Origin: Candidatus Moranbacteria bacterium GW2011_GWC2_40_12
GTDB lineage: Bacteria; Patescibacteriota; Minisyncoccia; Moranbacterales; UBA11712
Length of the DNA: 64,000 nt
Assembly (NCBI GenBank): GCA_000995965.1
Contig: LBYD01000002.1
Location: forward strand, 199,889-263,888
Reading direction: 5' to 3'
Shown here: in pieces, positions 8,061 through 16,012 of the stretch
Position numbering within the stretch: the first letter of the stretch is position 1
Layout: every line of letters starts with the position of its first letter
The notes under the pieces: model-generated
The model's database searches: none
Told to the model about the DNA's origin: nothing
The model's input: the letters and a program-made list of their open reading frames with translations, nothing else
Made by a program: the position numbers and the translations under genes

Positions 8061-10207
8061 TGGAAATAATCAAGGGCCTCAACGAACAGCAAAGGGAAGC
8101 GGTGCTCTCGACGGAAGGGCCGGTTTTGGTCGTGGCGGGTGCGGGAAGCGGAAAAACGCGGCTGCTTGTCCACCGAATCGCCTATCTGATCAAGGAGAAA
8201 AAAGTCAGTCCGCGTCAAATACTCGCGGTTACTTTCACGAACAAAGCGGCCGAAGAAATGAAAGAACGGATAAAGAAATTGCTGGTCGGCGATTTCCGTT
8301 TTCAGCCCTGGATGGGAACTTTTCATCATATTTGCGTGCGGATTTTGAGGTCCGAAATCGACAAAATCGGATATAAAAAAAATTTTGTGATTTATGACGA
8401 CTCGGACCAGCGGGCGCTGGTGAAGAAAATAATGAAAGAAAACGAGATCAGCGCCGAGCAATTCAATCCCCGGGCGATGCTGGCGGTGATTTCGAAAGCC
8501 AAAGGAGAGCTTATGAAAGTCGAGGACTACATTTCCGGCGAGAGCTACTTTGAAAGGATTGTCGCTCGGGTTTATGGCGCTTACCAAAAAAATCTTCTCG
8601 AGAACAACGCCCTTGATTTTGACGATATTTTGCAAAAAACAGTCGAACTCTTTCAAAAATTCCCTGATATTCTTGAAAAATACCAGAATGTTTTCCGCTA
8701 TATTCTGGTTGACGAATACCAGGACACAAACCAGGCCCAGTATGTTTTGGTGAATCTTTTAGCCCAGCGCCACCGCAATCTTTGCGTCGTGGGGGATGAT
8801 TGGCAGTCCATATACGCTTTCCGGGGAGCGGATGTGCGCAATATTCTTGATTTTGAAAAAGACTATCCGGAAGCAAAAGTCGTGAAACTGGAGCGGAATT
8901 ATCGCTCCACGCAGAAAATTCTTGATGCCGCCTACGGCGTCATTTCGAAAAATATCCGCCGCAAAGACAAGAAACTGTGGACGGATAACATCGAAGGGCA
9001 CGACGTGGTTTTGTACAAAGCCTCCGATGAGCAGGATGAGGCTGGTTTCATCATTCGCGAAATTCAAAGAATCGTTGAAGAAGAAGGTTTGAGTCTCGAT
9101 GATTTTGTGGTTCTATACCGTACCAATGCCCAGTCGCGGGCTATCGAGGAAGCTTTTCTCGAGTCGGCCGTTCCGTATCGAGTGGTTGGCGGCGTGCGTT
9201 TTTATGAGCGGCGGGAGATCAAAGACTTTTTGGCGTATTTGCGGTTTATAAGCAATCCTACTGACGAAATCAGCCTTGGAAGAATCGTCAATCTTCCGCC
9301 GCGGGGGATTGGGAATATTACGCTGGGGAAGTGGATAAGATTCACTCGGGAAAACAATCTTGATTTTGTGGCTTCAGCAAAAAAAACGGGTGACATTTGC
9401 GGTCTCAATGGGGCGAAAATGGACGCAATTGCAAAATTCGGAGCACAAATTGAGCGGCTGAGGAGTGAAGCCGGACGCGCAACGATCATTGATCTTATGG
9501 ATTCGATTCTGACAGAAACGGGATATCAAAAATTGCTGCTCTCTGAGGGTGAAGTGGGGCAAATCCGGTTTGAAAACGTCCGGGAACTGTTCACGGTGGC
9601 GGAAAAATACAAAAAAGAGGAAGGCCTTGAGGGACTCAATATGTTTTTGGAGGAAGTGGCGCTGATGGCCTCGACGGATAATATTGATTCAAAATCAGGC
9701 CTGGTGCATCTGATGACGCTTCACAGCGCAAAGGGACTCGAATTCAACACGGTTTTTATTGCTGGCATGGAAGAGGGCTTGTTTCCGCACTCAAGAGCGC
9801 TTCTCGATGAAAGAGAGCTCGAAGAGGAAAGAAGGCTCGCTTATGTCGGCATCACGAGGGCCAAAAAAAGAATTTATCTTCTTTGGGCGACAACGAGGAA
9901 CATTTTCGGGTCAACAAGGGTGAATGTCGCCTCGCGTTTTTTGGATGATATCCCAGCTGAGCTAAAGGCCGACTTTGAGGAATTTCGCGCTTTCCCAAAA
10001 GTGCGAAAGGGAAAAGCCGGACTTTTTGAAGAAAAAAAGGAAAAAAGCTTAGCTTTGGAAAAATTCAAAGACGGAGAAAGAGTCAGGCACTCTATATTCG
10101 GAGAAGGCATTGTGATTTCCACAAAGGATGACATTGTCACAGTCGCTTTCATGAAAGAGGGACTCAAAAAAATTTCTGCCAAGTTCGGGAAATTGAAGAA
10201 AATATAA
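8060..10207 (+). CDS. pcrA: ATP-dependent DNA helicase PcrA/UvrD (SF1)
   Basis: 715 aa; GAGSGKT Walker A, DEYQDTN, VGDDWQSIYAFRGA and other UvrD motifs. Confidence 0.95.
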   Translation: MEIIKGLNEQQREAVLSTEGPVLVVAGAGSGKTRLLVHRIAYLIKEKKVSPRQILAVTFTNKAAEEMKERIKKLLVGDFRFQPWMGTFHHICVRILRSEIDKIGYKKNFVIYDDSDQRALVKKIMKENEISAEQFNPRAMLAVISKAKGELMKVEDYISGESYFERIVARVYGAYQKNLLENNALDFDDILQKTVELFQKFPDILEKYQNVFRYILVDEYQDTNQAQYVLVNLLAQRHRNLCVVGDDWQSIYAFRGADVRNILDFEKDYPEAKVVKLERNYRSTQKILDAAYGVISKNIRRKDKKLWTDNIEGHDVVLYKASDEQDEAGFIIREIQRIVEEEGLSLDDFVVLYRTNAQSRAIEEAFLESAVPYRVVGGVRFYERREIKDFLAYLRFISNPTDEISLGRIVNLPPRGIGNITLGKWIRFTRENNLDFVASAKKTGDICGLNGAKMDAIAKFGAQIERLRSEAGRATIIDLMDSILTETGYQKLLLSEGEVGQIRFENVRELFTVAEKYKKEEGLEGLNMFLEEVALMASTDNIDSKSGLVHLMTLHSAKGLEFNTVFIAGMEEGLFPHSRALLDERELEEERRLAYVGITRAKKRIYLLWATTRNIFGSTRVNVASRFLDDIPAELKADFEEFRAFPKVRKGKAGLFEEKKEKSLALEKFKDGERVRHSIFGEGIVISTKDDIVTVAFMKEGLKKISAKFGKLKKI

Positions 10208-10453
10208 ACTATTTTTACTTTAAATAAGGCAAATTATTGGATTCGGAGATTCAAAAACTGGACAAAATTATAGAAATATGCTAACATAATCCGTTGGTTC
10301 TTTGTCATCCATGTTTGTGATAAGACGGGCATTTTGCGCGTTATTTTGGCTCTTAAAACGCTTGCCTCATAGAAGGGGCAAGTCTGTATCTGGCGGAACC
10401 AGAAGAATGGCGAACCCCATTAGGGAGAGCCTAAAAACCAAAGGAGGTCCGAT

Positions 10454-11227
10454 ATGGAAAGCCTGGTAAGAATTCCGCAGTCTGAGCTTAACGCAACACT
10501 GGAAAGGCTTAGCAAACTTGGTGTCACGCAAGAGCATTTCAAGCGTGTCCGCTCAAGCAGAAAATATGCTAAAGCCGTGGCGTCGGCATTTCTCGGCGAT
10601 GATGGTGTGGTGATGAGTTATAATGATGTTCGCACCATTCTCGGTCAGGATTTCATCACGCCCGAGGAAATCGCCATTGCTCGCAAGCTCACCTATGGCG
10701 ACGATGTGCTTCAGTATTTCACTGAAACGCTTCCGTCCGAGGAAGTGTTGCAGTGGCTCCGTGACAACGGCTTCGTGCTGATTGCGGGACCGCCCAGTCC
10801 GATGTCGCTCTTGGAAGTCCGCGACCTCAACGCCCAGCTCCTTTACACCAAGTCTGGCGGTTGGTATGCGGAAGCGAAGCAGAAATTCTCACGGGACGAT
10901 AAGGTGGTTTCTGAATGGCTTATGCTCCGCAAGGGCGTCGTGCCCAAATCCACGAGCAAAACGTGGGACGAACAGCAGAAGCTTCTTTCCGAGGCGGAAT
11001 GCGTTCCCAACGCTCCCGAAACGACGTGGGGCGAAACCACTTACAAGGAAGTCCGTAATGCGTGGCTGTTTCCCAGCATCTACGCCAGAACTTCTTCCGT
11101 GGACTCAGACGACAATCGCGTCTGCGTCGGCGATTCGGCGGGTGGCGGTGTCTACGTCGGCAGCGGCTGGGGCGACGACCGCCACGACGGCCTTGGTCTG
11201 GCGTCCGCTCAGAAACGAAACTCGTAA
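10454..11227 (+). CDS. DGR target protein (variable protein) with C-terminal variable region
   Basis: 257-aa ORF with a good RBS (aaaggaggt); the last ~40 codons (11095-11215) are a near-copy of the downstream TR with adenine-specific differences; GC (~52%) is higher than the surrounding genome; no signal peptide seen. Confidence 0.8.
   Translation: MESLVRIPQSELNATLERLSKLGVTQEHFKRVRSSRKYAKAVASAFLGDDGVVMSYNDVRTILGQDFITPEEIAIARKLTYGDDVLQYFTETLPSEEVLQWLRDNGFVLIAGPPSPMSLLEVRDLNAQLLYTKSGGWYAEAKQKFSRDDKVVSEWLMLRKGVVPKSTSKTWDEQQKLLSEAECVPNAPETTWGETTYKEVRNAWLFPSIYARTSSVDSDDNRVCVGDSAGGGVYVGSGWGDDRHDGLGLASAQKRNS
11095..11215 (+). other. DGR variable region (VR) inside the target gene
   Basis: 121-bp alignment to TR 11587-11707; 15 mismatches fall at TR adenines (to G, T or C), 1 T-to-G, 1 terminal G/A; the 3' 20 bp ccttggtctggcgtccgctc are identical (IMH-like). 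Confidence 0.85.
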
Positions 11228-11586
11228 CCTTGAAATCTTGTTCCTTTTGTATTCTTGAGCCTTCGGCGATTTTTTTTCTCGCTGGAGGCTCTTTTCTTTT
11301 GTCAAAAACACTGATAAGATAAAATCAATCTTGCTAATGCAAGTTAGGTTACGGCTTAACTTCGCGAGATGTCTTTTCTTTAGACCTTACCAGAATATCG
11401 TCGGCTACGGCTTGCGATAGCGTGCGAGCAAAGATGAGAGTTAATTTCTTGTTTGCTCTTAGTGGAGGTGTTCTGATTTTGTCATCGGAACTGCTCTCGA
11501 ATAAAATACAGGAAAGAGAGAATATAGTCCGCTTTTAGCGGAAGTAAATCTCAATTTCCAGTGGCTTTCAGACGGGAACAAACAAA

Positions 11587-11707
11587 TTCCGTGGACTCAG
11601 ACGACAATCACGTCAACGTCGGCAATTCGGCGAGTGGCGGTGTCAACGTCAACAACAACTGGGACGACAACCGCAACGACTACCTTGGTCTGGCGTCCGC
11701 TCGGAAA
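11587..11707 (+). other. DGR template region (TR), non-coding template repeat
   Basis: Direct repeat of VR, rich in AAC codons in the VR frame (NHVNVGNSASGGVNVNNNWDDNRND); lies between the target gene and avd, upstream of the RT. Confidence 0.85.
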
Positions 11708-11723
11708 TTATCTCAAGTCGAAA

Positions 11724-11756
11724 GTAAACGCTCTCCTTTTTTGGGAGAGCGTTTAC
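11724..11756. terminator. perfect hairpin (gtaaacgctctcc-tttttt-ggagagcgtttac) immediately 3' of avd on the minus strand and 3' of TR on the plus strand
   Basis: 13-bp stem with a 6-nt T/A loop, read directly from the sequence. Confidence 0.6.
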
Positions 11757-11757
11757 T

Positions 11758-12108
11758 TTAGCAGTCCTTTACGGATTTTATCCAGCCGCCGAGCATTCTT
11801 CCTATTTCATCCGTTTTTTCCTGAAGCAGGACATACTTTTTGCTGTCAATCGCTTTCACTTCTTTGGCAAGGCGGACAAAAATTCTGAAAAGGTTCAACT
11901 TCAAGCTGGCTTTTTCAAGGACTGGCAATTTTTCCACTTTGGACATTTGGCTGGCCAGCAGGATACTTTCCAGTGTTTCCAGCAAAATGTTTTCGCATTT
12001 CTGCCAGAGCGTATAGCGGTCTTGTTTGGGGACTGAATTTCTGAAGCTATAAAAGTTCCGATACAACTCGTAGATTTTTTTAAAGATCGGTATGTCAAAT
12101 TCTTCCAT
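11758..12108 (-). CDS. avd: Avd-like accessory variability determinant (four-helix-bundle protein)
   Basis: 117 aa from MEEFDIPIFKKIYELYRNFYSF...; basic helical protein of the 23S-rRNA-intervening-sequence/four-helix-bundle family that includes DGR Avd; adjacent to the DGR RT. Confidence 0.7.
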   Translation of the reverse strand: MEEFDIPIFKKIYELYRNFYSFRNSVPKQDRYTLWQKCENILLETLESILLASQMSKVEKLPVLEKASLKLNLFRIFVRLAKEVKAIDSKKYVLLQEKTDEIGRMLGGWIKSVKDC

Positions 12109-12120
12109 AGGTTTATTGTT

Positions 12121-13170
12121 ATGAAGATTTATAAAGATGTTTTTGAGAAAATAATTTCGCCTGAAAATCTTTTTTCGGCTTGGGACAATTTCAAAGTCGG
12201 AAAGATAAAAAAGAAAGATGTCCAGGCGTTTGAATCGAAGCTGGAACAAAACATTTTCCAGCTTCATCGGGAATTGAGGGGACGCTCGTATAGGCACGGC
12301 AGTTATGCCTCATTTTATATACGTGATCCGAAACAAAGACATATTCACAAAGCCGAAGTCAGAGACAGAATTTTGCATCATGCCGTTTTTTCTATCCTCA
12401 ACCCCATTTTTGAGGCAACCTTTATTTCCCATTCTTTTTCTTGCCGAATTGGAAAGGGAACGCATAAAGGCGTTATCGCTTTGGAAAAAATGATAAGAAA
12501 AGAGACGCAAAATTATTCCAGACGTTGCTTTATTTTGAAGTGCGACGTGAGGAAGTTTTTTGATACGGTTGACCACGGAATTTTGATGAGGATTTTGAAA
12601 AAGCGGATTAAGGACGAAAATGCACTCTGTCTGTTAAGAGAAATTATTAGCAGTTTTTCCTCCGAGCATTCGGACATTTTCACAGTCCGAGGTTTGCCGA
12701 TTGGCAATCTCACCTCCCAGCTTTTTGCCAATATCTTCCTCAACGAGCTTGACCAGTTTGTCAAAAACAAAATGCGTTTGAAATTCTATGCTCGCTATAC
12801 CGATGATTTCGTCATTGTCGGGAAAGACGAAAGAGAATTGAAAAATATGCTTTCGGAAATACGCTCATTCTTGAAAGATAGATTGTCCCTGGAACTCCAC
12901 CCGAAAAAAATCGTGATTAGAAAATATAGCCAAGGAATTGATTATCTTGGCTATATCGTTTTGCCTCACTATCAGCTACTCCGAACAAAAACGAAAAAGC
13001 GAGTGTTCAAAAAGTTGAAAATGCGGATTGGGCAATACAGGGCGGGGGAAATTAGCGAAAAATCTTTGAACCAATCCCTGCAATCCTATCTCGGCGTTTT
13101 TTCCCACGCCGACACGCACGAATTGGAGCAGGAACTTCTTAATCAATTTTGGTTTTGGTTGAATGAATAA
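12121..13170 (+). CDS. diversity-generating retroelement reverse transcriptase
   Basis: 349 aa; RT motifs including KCDVRKFFDTVDH and YARYTDDFVIVG (YxDD); DGR-hallmark motif LPIGNLTSQ ([I/L]GxxxSQ) replaces the group II intron QGxxxSP. Confidence 0.85.
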   Translation: MKIYKDVFEKIISPENLFSAWDNFKVGKIKKKDVQAFESKLEQNIFQLHRELRGRSYRHGSYASFYIRDPKQRHIHKAEVRDRILHHAVFSILNPIFEATFISHSFSCRIGKGTHKGVIALEKMIRKETQNYSRRCFILKCDVRKFFDTVDHGILMRILKKRIKDENALCLLREIISSFSSEHSDIFTVRGLPIGNLTSQLFANIFLNELDQFVKNKMRLKFYARYTDDFVIVGKDERELKNMLSEIRSFLKDRLSLELHPKKIVIRKYSQGIDYLGYIVLPHYQLLRTKTKKRVFKKLKMRIGQYRAGEISEKSLNQSLQSYLGVFSHADTHELEQELLNQFWFWLNE

Positions 13171-13212
13171 TATTTGCGCAAAATAACTCGCCTAAAATTT
13201 TTCATAAACAAA

Positions 13213-13248
13213 AAACGGGGCTCTTTCAGAGGCATCCCGTTTTGTATT
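13213..13248. terminator. bidirectional hairpin terminator between the RT (+) and the LysM-CHAP gene (-)
   Basis: aaaacgggg...ccccgtttt stem flanked by A/T runs. Confidence 0.5.
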
Positions 13249-13259
13249 TAGAAAATATT

Positions 13260-14489
13260 TTAATATATGAAACCCTTTACAGTCCGGCTGTTGGCATTGA
13301 TAGTCCGGGTTGATTTTTTTCCGAATCCGGCGTAGTTCATTTCGGAAATAGTTACGGAATTCCCGTTTACTTTCTCGACAATCCCGACATGGCCCCAGCG
13401 CGATTCTCCGGTTACGATAATCGCTCCTGCCTTTGGCGTCCGGCCGGTGGCCTTTCCGGAAGCGCGGGCGTTTGTCAGCCAGGCTCCGGCGTTTCCGCCC
13501 CAGGGAACGTATTTTCTTTGGGCTACGTACCATGTGCAATATCCGTATGGAAAGCGATGGCCGCCTCCAGCTCTTGCATCCATCCGATAAGAGCTTGACG
13601 CGGTTGCGTATTGCGCTCCATAAGCCCCTGTTCTGTAAGCAGGCGCTGTCGGAGCGGCAGATGGCGTCGGAGCTGAAATGTATCCGTCAGGAAGGATTAT
13701 TTCCTGGCCGACAGCTAGCTTTTCATCGGCTGGAAGCTCATTGTAAGCCAGAACCTTTTGCTTGTCAGAATTATATTTTGCCACAATAGCATCAAGAGTG
13801 TCACTTTTTTGGATTTTGTATCTAACGCCTGTAACTGGAAGAACAGAAAGCTTATCTCCCGGCTTGAGGAGCGAAGTATCAGAAAGATTGTTAGCCCAGA
13901 GTATCGTGCTTACGGAAATTCCATGTCGGGCGGCAATTGATCCGGCGGTATCCCCCTCCTTTACGATATAAGTCTTAGCCTCTCTTCCGTTTCCTCCCAT
14001 CACGGTTGGATTATAGGAAGCCAAAGTCACCTGGCTTTGAATGGTTGGAGCCCTGAAGTATGAAGCCGTATCATCATAACCTTCTTCTTGAATTTCCTCT
14101 AAAATAAAATACGCCGGATCAGCAAGTGGCGCAGTAGCAAGATTATTTTTGCTTTCGTTCTGAAGAGCGATTTTTTGCTTGAGCGTATTGTTTTCTTTTG
14201 AATTAATTCCAAAGGCGTCGAACAGCGAACCCGGAGCTCCCTTTGCAGAAGAAAAGTTTATGAGAGCCACGGTGGCAACACAGACCGCGACGACGATAGT
14301 TGCCGAATATTCCCTGAAAAATGAAAGAAGTTTTCGAGCGGCAAATCTTTTTTTGAGGAAAAAAACCAACCTTCTCTGAAGAGAGCGGTCGGTTCCATAA
14401 TGAATCACCTGATCCGCGCTGCGGATGGCGAGCGGATCTCCCAAAGTATTTTTTCCTCTTAGCACTATTCGCAATCTCTTCCAGGTCAT
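13260..14489 (-). CDS. membrane-anchored peptidoglycan hydrolase with two LysM domains and a C-terminal CHAP domain
   Basis: 409 aa; N-terminal TM anchor; two LysM repeats (YIVKEGDTAGSIAARHGISVSTILWANNL and YKIQKSDTLDAIVAKYN); CHAP-like Cys/His (GYCTWYV...GHVGIV). Confidence 0.8.
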   Translation of the reverse strand: MTWKRLRIVLRGKNTLGDPLAIRSADQVIHYGTDRSLQRRLVFFLKKRFAARKLLSFFREYSATIVVAVCVATVALINFSSAKGAPGSLFDAFGINSKENNTLKQKIALQNESKNNLATAPLADPAYFILEEIQEEGYDDTASYFRAPTIQSQVTLASYNPTVMGGNGREAKTYIVKEGDTAGSIAARHGISVSTILWANNLSDTSLLKPGDKLSVLPVTGVRYKIQKSDTLDAIVAKYNSDKQKVLAYNELPADEKLAVGQEIILPDGYISAPTPSAAPTAPAYRTGAYGAQYATASSSYRMDARAGGGHRFPYGYCTWYVAQRKYVPWGGNAGAWLTNARASGKATGRTPKAGAIIVTGESRWGHVGIVEKVNGNSVTISEMNYAGFGKKSTRTINANSRTVKGFIY

Positions 14490-14775
14490 TCGGAAAAAGC
14501 TTTTGAAAAAGTTGCTAATCGATTTTACCTTTCTCTTGGATCAGGGGCTCGTAGCCAGCTCGGCGTTTTTTGAATGTTCCGGTGCGATTTCCGCCTGATC
14601 CCTAATTTTTATGACGGGTAATAGGTTATCACAATCAGATATAATGTCAAGTCTCATTTTTTTGGAAAATATTGGGATAAACGGATATTTTGGCTTGTAT
14701 AAGCCATTATTGTAAATAGCACTCCACTCTGTATGTTTTTTCTGTTAATATAAATGTGCTACTAAGCATTTCGCG

Positions 14776-15696
14776 ATGAATTTGAGCCAGCTTAAAAATC
14801 AATATCTAGAGCATCTTGAAATTGAGAAGGATCGCTCGCAAAAAACAATCGAAAATTATGACCATTATCTTGAGCGTTTTTTGAAATGGGCAAAAATAAG
14901 TTCGGCAAGTGATATTACAGATGAATTGGTTCGCCGATATCGTCTCCAGCTCAACCGCTTTGCGGATGAGAAAGGTTCGTCACTCAAAAAAATTACTCAA
15001 AACTATCATGTTATCGCCCTTCGCAATTTTTTGAAGTATCTCGCGAGACATGACGTAAAGACTTTGCCGGCGGAAAAGGTGGAGCTTGGAAAAACAAGCG
15101 AGAGACAGATTGATTTTTTGGAAATGGAGGAAGTGGAGCGGATTTTTGAAGCGGCCGGCGGTTTAGATCAGAAATCTTTGAGGGACAGGGCCATACTTGA
15201 ATTGCTTTTTAGCTCCGGACTTCGAGTCTCAGAGCTTGTCGGCCTGAATCGCGATCAGGTGAACCTCAAAACGGGAGAATTCAGCGTTCGGGGGAAAGGA
15301 AGCAAAGTGAGGGTGGTGTTTGTGTCCGACCGAGCGAAAGCGACGCTTCAAAGATACATGGAAAAAAGACTCGATATTGATCCGGCGCTGTTTGTGAGAG
15401 TTGGAATAAAGCATCTTGAAAAAAAGAGCAAGGCCGACAATCTGCGGATTACTCCGCGGACGGTTCAGCGCATTGTGAAACACTGCGCGCTGAAAGCCGG
15501 GATCGTGAAAGACGTCCATCCGCATACTCTTCGCCACTCATTTGCCACTGATCTCATCCAAAACGGCGCCGATATCCGCTCGGTGCAGGAAATGCTCGGG
15601 CACTCCTCCGTCACCACGACGCAAATATATACGCACGTCACTAATAAGCAATTAAAAGAAGTTCATAAAGCTTTCCATGGGAAAAGACGCAAATAG
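14776..15696 (+). CDS. tyrosine site-specific recombinase (XerC/XerD family)
   Basis: 306 aa; N-terminal SAM-like core-binding domain; catalytic R...HTLRHSFATDL...GHSSVTTTQIYTHV with Tyr nucleophile. Confidence 0.9.
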   Translation: MNLSQLKNQYLEHLEIEKDRSQKTIENYDHYLERFLKWAKISSASDITDELVRRYRLQLNRFADEKGSSLKKITQNYHVIALRNFLKYLARHDVKTLPAEKVELGKTSERQIDFLEMEEVERIFEAAGGLDQKSLRDRAILELLFSSGLRVSELVGLNRDQVNLKTGEFSVRGKGSKVRVVFVSDRAKATLQRYMEKRLDIDPALFVRVGIKHLEKKSKADNLRITPRTVQRIVKHCALKAGIVKDVHPHTLRHSFATDLIQNGADIRSVQEMLGHSSVTTTQIYTHVTNKQLKEVHKAFHGKRRK

Positions 15697-15707
15697 TTTG
15701 TCTTTTC

Positions 15708-15775
15708 CAAAGCTCGGCTTTTCCCTTCCCCGACTAAACGCCCGGGAATTCCTCAAAGCCAAGCTTATAAGAAGT
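15708..15775. repeat. ~65-bp MITE-like element with 13-bp terminal inverted repeats (aaagctcggcttt ... aaagccaagctt), intergenic copy
   Basis: Termini match the copy at 52399-52466 inside the cca gene; the internal sequence differs. Confidence 0.55.
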
Positions 15776-15947
15776 CCGCAAAGCGTTTCACGAAAAAAGG
15801 CGGAAATAACCGAGAGCTTAGATCTTGGGTGAAGAACCCCGTGGCGGCGGGTATTTTTTCTTTTTCTCAATGAAACATCAAATTTCAAGGGAGTCAAATA
15901 TATTCACGTGGATTTAATTGACTACCTTGAAGAATAGCCAAGATAAA

Positions 15948-15990
15948 AAAGAGAACCCGGGAGGTCAAACCGCCCCGGGTTCTTTTGATA
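15948..15990 (-). terminator. rho-independent terminator of the purD-like gene
   Basis: gaacccggg-N13-cccgggttc hairpin followed by a T-run on the minus strand, just 3' of the stop at 16013. Confidence 0.6.
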
Positions 15991-16012
15991 ATGCTGAAAA
16001 TGAAAGTTTCCC

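Noticed and set aside
8051-8876. Antisense ORFs within pcrA (8051-8656 -, 8511-8876 -), and similar antisense ORFs inside pnp, gyrA, ftsH, hppA, nusA
   Set aside because: They lie opposite strongly conserved housekeeping CDSs and have low-complexity composition; artefacts of six-frame translation.
11561-11761. 66-aa ORF MAFRREQTNSVDSDDNHVNVGNSASGG...
   Set aside because: It covers the DGR template region; its protein-like appearance comes from being a copy of the VR coding sequence. No RBS; interpreted as non-coding TR.
14490-14775. Searched flanks of the recombinase gene for att-like direct repeats or a tRNA integration site
   Set aside because: No tRNA adjacent and no obvious direct repeats; only the MITE-like element downstream. 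An integrative-island interpretation is not supported by what I can see.
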